From contig OZ241326.1 of assembly GCA_965199855.1 (NCBI GenBank), positions 288,001-352,000 on the forward strand: DNA of 64,000 bases. Direction: 5' to 3'. The notes below the pieces were generated by a model. The model was not told where the DNA came from and did not search any database. It worked only from the letters and a program-made list of their open reading frames with translations. Made by a program: the position numbers and the translations under genes. Origin of the DNA: a bacterium (GTDB lineage Bacteria > UBA8248). This document shows, piece by piece, positions 9,476 through 18,059 of this stretch (within the stretch, counting starts at the first letter, position 1; each line of letters starts with the position of its first letter).

Positions 9476-10168
9476 ATGAAGGAGACGAGCATGAGCATAT
9501 CCGATGAGGCGCTCGCGCGGCTCAGGGAGCTGGACACGCCCACGGTGTCGAACGCGGTGGAATCCTTCGGCGTCCGGCCCGGGAGCCTGGGCCACGCCGA
9601 CGCGGGCGTGCGGTGCATGTTTCCCGAGCTGGGCGCCGCGCTCGGCTTCGCCGTCACGTTCACGACGAGCGAATACGCGCCGGGCGAGGCGCGCTCGAAC
9701 GAGGAGCGCGCCGCCCTCTACCGCGCCGTGGCGGACGCGCCCAGGCCCTGCGTTCTCGTCCATCAGGATTTGGGCCCCAGGCCGCGCTCCGCGTGCTTCT
9801 GGGGAGAGATCATGTCGAACCTGTTTTCGCGCCTCGGCGCCGAGGGCGTGGCGACGGACGGCGCCGCGCGCGATCTGGACGCCATGCGCGAGGCGGGCTT
9901 CAAAACCTGGTGCGCGGGAACGACCGCCTCGCGCGGAGACGTTCGCGTGTCGTCGGTGAACGCGCCGGTATCGGTCGGCGGCATGGCCGTCCTGCCGGGC
10001 GACCTGATTCACGCGGACGCGAGCGGGGTCGTCGTCGTGCCGAAGGAGATCGCCCCGGAGGTTCCCGACGCCGCCCGGCGGGTGCTGGACAAGGAGGCGA
10101 AGATGCTCGAAGCGATTCGGGCCGAGAATTTCGACCTGGACGATCTCATCCGGCGGTTCTGGGGGTAG
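9476..10168 (+). CDS. RraA/HMG-aldolase family protein
   Basis: DTPTVSNA, WGEIM, TDGAARD, PGDLIHADASGVVVVP. Confidence 0.9.
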   Translation: MKETSMSISDEALARLRELDTPTVSNAVESFGVRPGSLGHADAGVRCMFPELGAALGFAVTFTTSEYAPGEARSNEERAALYRAVADAPRPCVLVHQDLGPRPRSACFWGEIMSNLFSRLGAEGVATDGAARDLDAMREAGFKTWCAGTTASRGDVRVSSVNAPVSVGGMAVLPGDLIHADASGVVVVPKEIAPEVPDAARRVLDKEAKMLEAIRAENFDLDDLIRRFWG

Positions 10169-10317
10169 GGGCGGGTTTGGCCCGTCCGTAAAAGAGGCAT
10201 TTTGTAGTAGGATGGTTCCCGACGGTGAAGGTGAAAAGACCTCATGCCGCCGTTTTGAGGCGGAAATGAACATTAGATGACAGGCTGAAAAAGACGCGGC
10301 ATTTTGGAAGGGAGCGA

Positions 10318-10581
10318 ATGTTGCGTATGAGCCGGTCCCAACCGCTTTTTCAAAAGATTCTCGGCGGCCGATCTGATGGAAATATCCGCTTTGACGATTT
10401 GCGCAATCTGCTCCGGAACCTGGGGTTCATCGAGCGGATACGGGGGAGCCATCATATATTCAGAAGGGAGGGCGTCGCCGAGAGAATCAATCTGCAGCGA
10501 GACGGTGGGCAGGCGAAACCCTATCAGGTGCGGCAGGTTCGCTCGGTACTTCTGAAGTGCGAGCCGGGGGAGGGCGAGTGA
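10318..10581 (+). CDS. hicA: HicA-family toxin
   Basis: LGFIERIRGSHHIF (GSH motif) and AKPYQVRQV; overlaps the hicB start. Confidence 0.9.
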   Translation: MLRMSRSQPLFQKILGGRSDGNIRFDDLRNLLRNLGFIERIRGSHHIFRREGVAERINLQRDGGQAKPYQVRQVRSVLLKCEPGEGE

Positions 10582-10793
10582 TGTACAAATACGAGATCAT
10601 TCTCTACTGGAGCAACGCGGACGGCGCTTTCGTGGCGGAAGTCCCGGAGCTTCCCGGTTGCATGGCGCATGGCGACACGCAGGAAGCCGCGCTTAAGAAC
10701 GTCAACCAGGCCATGGTTCTGTGGATCGAGACGGCGAGAGAGTTCGGCGATCCGATACCGGAACCAAAAGGCGAGCGCCTGATGCTTGCGTGA
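10581..10793 (+). CDS. hicB: HicB-family antitoxin (short form, no DNA-binding domain)
   Basis: YEIILYWS..DGAFVAEVPELPGCMAHGDTQEAAL...DPIPEP. Confidence 0.92.
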   Translation: MYKYEIILYWSNADGAFVAEVPELPGCMAHGDTQEAALKNVNQAMVLWIETAREFGDPIPEPKGERLMLA

Positions 10794-10826
10794 AGGGGAG
10801 GGAGTTCGGAGGGATGCCGAAAAATC

Positions 10827-11611
10827 TCATTTGAACAGCCGAACGGCTTTTCCATAAGCGTACACTTGTGGCCTTGCCTGTCTCTTTTCTTGAATGCTGT
10901 TTGTTAGAATCTTGAAGACAGATTCGGCATGGAGCCGGAATTTCATCTCTCTGTAGTGGCCTTCGCTGTCGTGCCGATCTCAATTTCTCCGATGTTTTTT
11001 CCATGGAGTGAAGACAGGAAAGTAACTTTTTGGTCGTCCATCTCCTTAGAATTTCTGGCCTTTGAATTACGAAGCGTTACATCCGATGCGAGGGTAGCCA
11101 CGACTTCATCTTTATGGAAAATGTGAAATATCTTTTTTGATTTGTCTATTTTGGCCTTGCCGGGGAAGAGGCTCAAGTAATCCGCATTACCACCATCGAA
11201 TAATGCCTTGTTCAGGAACGCATTAAATATCTTCGGCTGTTGTAATTCTGCCAGAAGTCTTTGCATTTGTGGCTGCAGTCTGGTTTTTGCTTGAAGTTTT
11301 TCAGCTTTGTAGTCTTGAAATGTTGGAGGATATGCGTCGATACAATCGACCATAATGTTCGCCACGTTTCCGATTCCCTGAAAGATGGTGTTCGTTTTCA
11401 GGCGTTCGCGACTATAGAGGAATATCTGCCACCAAACGCCCGCCTTGACTGAATGAGAGCGATGTTGGCGATCAATTACATCTTTTTTGTCCGTATGCGC
11501 CCCCAGATTGACTTCTCCGCCGATTAACTCCGCGAAATCATACTCATTCAGATGCCCCGCTATTTTCACTTCGCTTGCATGGTCGGAAGTCATTGCTCGT
11601 CGCGCGTGCAT
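10827..11611 (-). pseudogene. Putative type II restriction endonuclease with a 1-nt frameshift near 10975
   Basis: AT-rich ORF abutting a DNA methyltransferase; KKDVID..HSVK is PD-(D/E)xK-like. After GEIEI a shifted frame stays open as HDSEGHYREMKFRLHAESVFKIL...VYAYGKAVRLFK to TGA at 10827. Confidence 0.7.
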
Positions 11612-12685
11612 TTAACTGTCCTTCACGATCAGGAGTTCGTGTGAAGCTTTGACGTAATCCCGCGCGCCGTTCTCGATGCGGTTTTTGCCGATGCGGGTCT
11701 CCCCCTGTCCCAGGGTGTATTGCCATTCCACCTCGATGACGCGGAAATCCGCATACCATTCCCTGATTCGCGCGCAGTCGTTGTAAGAGAGAATGAAGCC
11801 CCCCTCGCGTGAATGCAGCAAATCCCGCAGCCGCTCGTGGTCGAAGCCCTTGTGGTGGACGGGAAAGTTTCTCTGGGGATAGATGCCCCGGAACATGCGG
11901 CTGTCGCCAGCCAGATAATAGGGCGGGTCGCAGTAGAGAAAATCCCCCCTGCGGCGCGGCAGGGCGTCCTCGAAGGCGCCGTGCGCCACGCTAAGATTCG
12001 GGCAGCGGAAAGTCCGCACCTTCTCCAGCAGCCGCCCGAAGCGCGCCGGCTCCTCGTAGATTCTGGACATCCAGCCGAGGAAGCCCGGGCCGTAGCTCAG
12101 GTTGTGGTTGAACCAGTAGTGCGCGGCGAGCTCCAAAGGCTCCGTGATGGACGCCTCCTTCTTCCAGTGGGCTTTCAGACGCTCCTTCACCCGGGCGTAG
12201 TCCGCCTTGTCGGGCTTCCATCGCGCTATCCGCCCGGCCAGTTCGACCGGCGAGCGCAACTGAACCTCCCAGTAGTTCGCGAGAACGTCGAACGCGTCGT
12301 AGCCCTGAACCTGAATCCCCAGCTCGTTGGCGCAGGCGATTTCCACCGAGCCGCCGCCGAAGAAGGGGGAAACCAGGCGCGTGACGCCGGGCGGCAGCTG
12401 CTCGATGACGTGTCCGACGGCCAGGCTCTTGCCGCCGGCGTAGCGCAGGGGCAGGTTTCCATACCGCTTGTATTCGTAGCGGCCCGCGCTTTTCAGACCG
12501 CAGAGAAATTCCCTGCGCCTGCGCTCTATGGCCGAACCCGCACCGAACGGGCGCCGCGAGGTCTCTCCCAGGGCCCTTTTCACCGAAGGAGAGGCTGCCA
12601 GCTGTTTCGCCATGCCTGGGTCCGTGGGCGGATCATCCGGAGCGTCTTGCCTCCCGAATATGGCATCAGGGGCGCGAGGAGGCAA
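11612..12685 (-). CDS. Dam-like (D12 class) N6-adenine DNA methyltransferase
   Basis: PLRYAGGKS, SPFFGGGSV, YCDPPY, FILSYND, ELLI. True start may be ATG at 12613. Confidence 0.93.
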   Translation of the reverse strand: MPPRAPDAIFGRQDAPDDPPTDPGMAKQLAASPSVKRALGETSRRPFGAGSAIERRRREFLCGLKSAGRYEYKRYGNLPLRYAGGKSLAVGHVIEQLPPGVTRLVSPFFGGGSVEIACANELGIQVQGYDAFDVLANYWEVQLRSPVELAGRIARWKPDKADYARVKERLKAHWKKEASITEPLELAAHYWFNHNLSYGPGFLGWMSRIYEEPARFGRLLEKVRTFRCPNLSVAHGAFEDALPRRRGDFLYCDPPYYLAGDSRMFRGIYPQRNFPVHHKGFDHERLRDLLHSREGGFILSYNDCARIREWYADFRVIEVEWQYTLGQGETRIGKNRIENGARDYVKASHELLIVKDS

Positions 12686-12708
12686 CGGTTCTCATCGCCT
12701 CCCGGGAA

Positions 12709-13884
12709 TCACGCGCCGAGCTTCTCCTTCAGCCAGTCGAACATGTAGGCCGTGCCGATGGCGTAGTTGTCCCGCTGGCAGTGCTGGGCGCCGCCCTCCT
12801 TCACGGTGAACACCTTGAGCGTCTTGTCCTTCGAGCCGACGGCGTTGTAGAGCGCCTTGGCGTCTCGGAGCGGAATCTGCTTGTCGTCCGCCCCGTGGGT
12901 GACGAGAAACGGGCAGCGCATCTTCTGCACGACGCCGTCCAGCCGGAAGTCCTCGAGCCTGACGAGGGCGTCCTCGAGCGAGTCGGCGTTCAGAATCCAC
13001 TGGATGTGGTGGCCGGGAACGGAGAGCTCCGCCTTGAAGGAGGCGTCGATGCGCTTCTTCCAGGTGGCGTGGTAGTCCCAGATCGCCCCCCAGGCCACGC
13101 ACGCCTTGTAGCGCCGCTCCAGGCTGGCGATGCGCGGGGCGTAGTAGCCGCCCAGGCTGATGGCCATGACGCCCGCGCGCCTGGCGTTCACGTCCCTGCG
13201 CGTCTCCAGGTAGTCGAGGGCGGCCGAGCCCGCCGTCTCGTAGTCGGGGCGCAGGGGGATTTTCCGGAAGCGGATGGCCTCGCCCGTGCCGGGGCCGTCC
13301 ATCACCAGGCAGCTCATGCCCCGGCGGACGAGGTCCTCCACGCCCCGGAGGTATTGAAGCTCCTTGTTCACGTCGAGCCCGTCGAAGAATACCACGACGG
13401 GCGGCCTGCTCTTTCGGGTGTTCTCGGCGTGGACGAGATAGCCGGGCAGCTTCTTGCGCCCCTCGAAGGGAACCTCCACGGCCTCGATCTTCGGCCGATC
13501 CGTCAGGCGCGCGAAGCGGCGGAAGGCGTCGAGCGACTTCTTGAACGTGGCCAGCGCGCGCTTGTCCTTGGGCGTCCGGAAGCGCTCGGCCATCTGGTAG
13601 TAGCAGACGGCGCGCTTGTAGTGGGAGGCGGCGGAGAGGTCCCGCTTTTTTCTCTGGGCGGCGCGGCCCAGGTCCCGCACGGCGTCGCCCATGCGATCCC
13701 ACTCGCGGAACCAGAGCGCGTCGTCGCCGAGCTTCCTGTAGAGGCGGCGGCAGACCTTGTCCACCTCTCCGATTTCGGCCCCGCCCCACTGCGCGCCGGA
13801 GACCATGCCGCAGACGGCGGCCGACCACCGATAATCCTCCGGAAAATAGGTGAACCAGTTGGTGTTCGCAGGCGCTTCCGGCAT
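12709..13884 (-). CDS. Alpha/beta hydrolase, 2,6-dihydroxypseudooxynicotine hydrolase/FrsA-like (copy 2)
   Basis: Collinear paralog of 8116-9291 (WFTYFPEDYRWSA, ISLGGYYAPR, GAQHCQ); start MPEAPANT after GGAGG. Confidence 0.87.
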   Translation of the reverse strand: MPEAPANTNWFTYFPEDYRWSAAVCGMVSGAQWGGAEIGEVDKVCRRLYRKLGDDALWFREWDRMGDAVRDLGRAAQRKKRDLSAASHYKRAVCYYQMAERFRTPKDKRALATFKKSLDAFRRFARLTDRPKIEAVEVPFEGRKKLPGYLVHAENTRKSRPPVVVFFDGLDVNKELQYLRGVEDLVRRGMSCLVMDGPGTGEAIRFRKIPLRPDYETAGSAALDYLETRRDVNARRAGVMAISLGGYYAPRIASLERRYKACVAWGAIWDYHATWKKRIDASFKAELSVPGHHIQWILNADSLEDALVRLEDFRLDGVVQKMRCPFLVTHGADDKQIPLRDAKALYNAVGSKDKTLKVFTVKEGGAQHCQRDNYAIGTAYMFDWLKEKLGA

Positions 13885-14069
13885 GGGAGACCTCCTCGCG
13901 GCCCGCATCCGGGGCGCGCGAGGGCGAAGGTCGCCCGGGCGCTTCGCGCGCGGATGCGGGCTTTCGGGTTGAATGTCCGTTGCGGGGATCATATCTTTGT
14001 TCCGCGCCGGGAATCAAACCGGCGGGCCGACGCGCCGCGGACGCCTGCGCGGAGAGGGGAGGAGCGCCG

Positions 14070-15434
14070 ATGGGCGGAAACGAGGACTTCGGCGAGGTTC
14101 TCGCCTATATCGAGCGAAACGCGGATCGCTTCGTGGCGGACCTGCAGGAGCTCTGCCGCCAGCCGAGCGTCTCGACGACCGGCGTCGGCGTGCGGGAGAT
14201 GTCCGCCCTGCTCGAGGAGCGCGTGGCGCGCTCGGGCCTCGAGACGGCGCTCCACGAGACGGAGGGAAACCCGATTCTCACCGCGCGCCTCGAGGGCGCG
14301 GGGGAGAAGACGCTCCTGTTCTACAACCACTACGACGTGCAGCCCGCCGAGCCGCTCTCCGAGTGGAGCAGCCCCCCCTTCGACGCCCGGGTGGTTGATG
14401 GGCACGTCATCGCCAGGGGCGCGACGGACAACAAGGGGAACATCGTCAGCCGGCTGGCGGCGTTCGAGGCGTTTCTGGCGGTGCGCGGCGAGCTGCCCTG
14501 CTCGGTGAAATACATCATCGAGGGCGAGGAGGAGGTGGGCAGCCCTTCGCTCGATCCCTTCGTGAAGAGCCGCAAGAGCCTGCTCGCCGCCGACGGGTGC
14601 GTCTGGGAGGACAACACCACGCGGGTGGACATCCCCGTGCTCTCGCTGGGCAACAAGGGGCTTTGCTACATGGAGCTGACCTGCCGGACGGCGAACGTGG
14701 ACTTCCACAGCTCGAACGCCCAGATCTACGAGAACGCGGCCTGGCGGATAGCCTGGGCGCTCTCGACGATGAAGGATCAGGACGAGAACGTGCTGGTGGA
14801 GGGGTTCTACGACGACGTTCTGCCGATCACGGAAGCCGAGGAGGCGCTCATCCGGCGAATCAGGCCCTACGACGGGCGCGATCGCATCGAGAAGTTCGGG
14901 CTGCGGAGGTTTCTCCTCGGCATGAAGGACGAGGACCTGCCCCGCCGCCACCTGGCCTCGCCCACCTTCAACATCGCGGGCTTCGACGGCGGCTACACCG
15001 GCGAGGGGGTGAAGACCATCGTCTCGGCGCGCGCGCGCGCCAAGGTGGACTGCCGCCTCGTGCCGAACCAGGACCCCTTCAGAATCAGGGACTGCGTGCG
15101 CGCGCACCTGGACGGGCATGGGTTCGAGGACATCGGCGTGGAGCTCCTGTTCACCTCCTGGCCGGCGAAGAGCGACCCGGAGGCCGACATCGTGCGCGCC
15201 TGCAGCGCGGCTTCCCGAAGGCTCTACGGGGAGGACGCCGTCATCAACCCCTTCGGCAACGGGAGCACGCCGACCTGGATCGTGCTCAGGCGCCTGGGAA
15301 TCCCGCTGGCCTCCACGGGCGTGGGCCGCATCACCTCGCGCACGCACAGCGCGAACGAGAACCTGAAAATCGAGCACCTCATCGACGGGGCCAAATACAT
15401 GGCCGCCATCTGCGAGGAGTTCGCCCGGCTGTAG
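14070..15434 (+). CDS. M20/M25/M40 metallopeptidase/deacylase
   Basis: YNHYDVQP, ARGATDNKG, EGEEEVGS, HSANE. Confidence 0.93.
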   Translation: MGGNEDFGEVLAYIERNADRFVADLQELCRQPSVSTTGVGVREMSALLEERVARSGLETALHETEGNPILTARLEGAGEKTLLFYNHYDVQPAEPLSEWSSPPFDARVVDGHVIARGATDNKGNIVSRLAAFEAFLAVRGELPCSVKYIIEGEEEVGSPSLDPFVKSRKSLLAADGCVWEDNTTRVDIPVLSLGNKGLCYMELTCRTANVDFHSSNAQIYENAAWRIAWALSTMKDQDENVLVEGFYDDVLPITEAEEALIRRIRPYDGRDRIEKFGLRRFLLGMKDEDLPRRHLASPTFNIAGFDGGYTGEGVKTIVSARARAKVDCRLVPNQDPFRIRDCVRAHLDGHGFEDIGVELLFTSWPAKSDPEADIVRACSAASRRLYGEDAVINPFGNGSTPTWIVLRRLGIPLASTGVGRITSRTHSANENLKIEHLIDGAKYMAAICEEFARL

Positions 15435-15516
15435 ATTCGACGGAGAGCGAGCGGGGGCCGCGCCGGCGCGGGCGTCCGCTTTCGGGGCCATGGAGCCGAC
15501 GGAGGGGAGAGCCGCC

Positions 15517-15912
15517 ATGCACGTGTTCGATCTGGAAAAGGAGCAGGAGTTCAGCAGCGAGAAGCACGTGGAGAAGATTCTGGGGAGGTTCGAGGAGGGC
15601 GACGTGACCGTCGCCTGCTGGGAGCCCGGGCAGGTGAGCCCCTATCACTGCCACCCCTACGCCACCGAAATCTACTTCTGCTGGAAGGGCGGCGGCAGGA
15701 TGAAGACGCCCACGGGCGAGACGGAGGTCGTCCCCGGCTCCTTCATCGTGCATCCTCCGGGCGAGCTGCACGAATACGCGAACGGCGCGGAGCGCACCCT
15801 CCTCTACCGGGTGCGGTATGGCGGCGACAAGACCTCGCGCCACAAGGAATGGCCGACGAATCCGGACTGGAGGCAGAGGCCCGAGGACGCGGAGTATTTC
15901 GGGAGCGCGTGA
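15517..15912 (+). CDS. Cupin-domain protein
   Basis: PGQVSPYHCHPYATEIY and HPPGELHEYAN cupin motifs. Confidence 0.88.
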   Translation: MHVFDLEKEQEFSSEKHVEKILGRFEEGDVTVACWEPGQVSPYHCHPYATEIYFCWKGGGRMKTPTGETEVVPGSFIVHPPGELHEYANGAERTLLYRVRYGGDKTSRHKEWPTNPDWRQRPEDAEYFGSA

Positions 15913-15936
15913 TCCCGCCGCCCGGGGCGGGACGGC

Positions 15937-16584
15937 CTACTTCGCGGCTTCGATGAGCCGCCGGTAGGCGGCGGTGAAGCCCTTGAGGGAGACGGGCACC
16001 CGGAAGAGGGTCTCCCCCGTCGCCTCGACCGTGTCCACGTTGAGAATCCTGCCCTTTCGCATCAGCCGCGCCCTCCTCGCGTCCACCTGCCCCCGGACGA
16101 CGCAGCCGTGCGCCAGACAGGTGCGGAACCGCAGGGCGAACGCCTTGCCCTTGTCCACCCGCAGGCGCACCCCCCGGTCCAGCAGGAGGCCGAACGGGGT
16201 GAGCAGCGTGAGCGGCATTTTGTCGCCGACGGGCGCCCCCAGGGTCACGATCAGCAGCCGGTGATGCCGCCCCGTGCTCTTGTCCTTCCAGTCGATGCGC
16301 TGCTGGAGGACGCACGAGCGGGCGGGCGGCTTTTTCGCCGCCTTTTTCTTCGGGGCGCCGTCCTTGGCGTTCGCCTCGAGGACGCCGCAACTCACCCGCC
16401 AGGCGCCGTAGGTTTCCGAGAAGGATTTGGGCGCGGCCGCCGCCTCCGCGCGGCCCGCCGGAATCGCTCCCAGCAGCGCCGCCGCGATCGCCGCCGCGAT
16501 CGCCCGCCGCCCAATCCGGGAAGCCGCCGCTTCGGGGCGGCCCGGCCGCCGCTTCCCTGCCCGTTCGACCCGTCGCATGTTCAT
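15937..16584 (-). CDS. Invasion-associated locus B (IalB)-family exported protein
   Basis: Signal peptide then SETYGAWRVSC, C.LQQ, TPFGLLLDRGV.L.VD, FRTCLAHGC, VSLKGFTAAY. Start approximate. Confidence 0.85.
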   Translation of the reverse strand: MNMRRVERAGKRRPGRPEAAASRIGRRAIAAAIAAALLGAIPAGRAEAAAAPKSFSETYGAWRVSCGVLEANAKDGAPKKKAAKKPPARSCVLQQRIDWKDKSTGRHHRLLIVTLGAPVGDKMPLTLLTPFGLLLDRGVRLRVDKGKAFALRFRTCLAHGCVVRGQVDARRARLMRKGRILNVDTVEATGETLFRVPVSLKGFTAAYRRLIEAAK

Positions 16585-16748
16585 CTTCTCTCGCATGTGG
16601 GCAGAAGCGGAAAGGATTGCAGGCGGGCGGATGCTCGAGTGAAAGCTTCTCAAAACCGCCGCCCGCTTGTCAAGGCCCGCGCGAGCCGCTTCTTCTTTCC
16701 GCCCCGCGCCGGGGAGCGGCCCGCGCCCTCGCCGACCCGCAAACGAGC

Positions 16749-18036
16749 CCATATATGCGCCCCCTACGGCGGCGGTGGCGAGGGTTTCGTAGGGGCGGTT
16801 CGCGAGCCGCCCGTTTTCAGGAAGGGTTCGCGCCACAGGCGGCGGGGCGTTCCCGAACGCCCCCTACGGGATGGCTGCGCGGAGCAAGTGCGGGCGGATG
16901 CGGGCAGATGCCGCGGCCGCGCGAAATACCCCCTCCGGGCGCCCCTTGATTCCCATAATCTTTTTATTTTCAATGAGTTGATATTTTTTTCCGCGCTCCG
17001 AAGGGTCTTGAATTTGTCGAAAAAAGGCGCGAATTTGCGGGATAAGGCCGTGAATTTGTCTTATTTTGTCGAAAACGGGATCGTTTTCATCATGGCGCGA
17101 ACGACGCGCGCGCGGCGCGCCTGCGGAACCCGCAATCCGGGGCCGGCGGGACGCGCCCCGACGCGAGCTGCCTTCGTCGTCATCCGCTTCCCGAAGTCCA
17201 TGCGTTCGCCTCCTCCCTCTCGCGGCGGATTCTCGCGCGTTCTCGGGGAAGCCCGATAACCGCAAATGCGGGCAAATGCGCGCGGCGACCGGGCGGGGGC
17301 GGCAACGGTTTCGCAGGGGCGGCTCGCGAGCCGCCCGTTTTGGCGGCGTGGGCCGACAACCCGGCGATTGTCCGTTTGGTTGGCGGGGCGGGGCGTTCCC
17401 GAACGACCCCTACGGGATTATCACGCGGCGGCGGGACGGGAATCCGGCGAAGGACAACCACGGGGGTTGTCCCTACGATTGCCGTAATCGCCGCGCGCCG
17501 CCGCAAAACCCGTCATTCCGGCGAAGGCCGGAATCCGGAACCAGGGCGCGCGGCGGCGAACGGGCGTTCCCGGTCAATCCATGCGCGGGTTCATGGTTTC
17601 GCAGGGGCGGCGCCTCCCCGGGGCCGCCCCACAATTCGGGAACCGCCCGTTTTGAAGGAAGACGATCAAAACCCTGGATTCCGGCCTTCGCCGGAATGAC
17701 GGCCGGGGATGCCCCCTACGGCGGTGAACGCGGGTTTCATGGTTTCGTAGGGGCGGTTCGAGAACCGCCCGTTGGGGGAGGAATTCGCATCGGCGGGAGC
17801 GGGTCGTTCACGAACGACCCCTGCGGGATTGTCACGCGGCGGCGGGACGGGAACCCGGCGAAGGACAACCACCGGGGGTTGTCCCTACGGGCGGCGGCGA
17901 TTTTGATTTTGCGTAGGGGACGCATTCATGCGTCCCGCGCCGTTCCCGTTTGTGGCGGCGGGTCGTTCACGAACGACCCCTACGGGCGAAATGCGCGAAG
18001 GACACGCAGGGGGTTGTCCCTACGATTCGCCCCTAC
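16749..18036. repeat. Mosaic REP-like array A (GTAG- and CGTC-tagged palindromes with long linkers)
   Basis: Units GTAGGGGCGGTTCGnGAaCCGCCC, GGGTCGTTCACGAACGACCCCTAC, GGACAACCAC..GGGGTTGTCCCTAC, GTAGGGGACGCATTCATGCGTCCC and CGTCATTCCGGCGAAGGCCGGAATCC. Confidence 0.9.
16971..16983 (-). promoter_or_regulatory. IHF-consensus site within array A
   Basis: Minus strand TATCAACTCATTG fits WATCAANNNNTTR in an AT-rich context; conserved in array D. Confidence 0.55.
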
Positions 18037-18059
18037 GCGAATGCGCCGCCGGGCGAATC

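Noticed and set aside
16948-16974. dif-like Xer site (CATAA...TTATTTTCAAT)
   Set aside because: The spacer is 5 bp rather than 6 in both copies, and the IHF consensus explains the sequence better.
16864-17265. ORF sharing DPVFDKIRQIHGLIPQIRAFFRQIQDPSERGK with 61252-62037
   Set aside because: A few differences are synonymous in this frame, but the copies shift frame in an A-run and have different starts. The heptad pattern follows from the 21-bp DNA motif. Treated as non-coding until more copies are compared.
16749-18036. Repeat arrays as a CRISPR array
   Set aside because: Units belong to several families in mixed orientation, linkers vary in length and recur between loci, and no cas genes are present.
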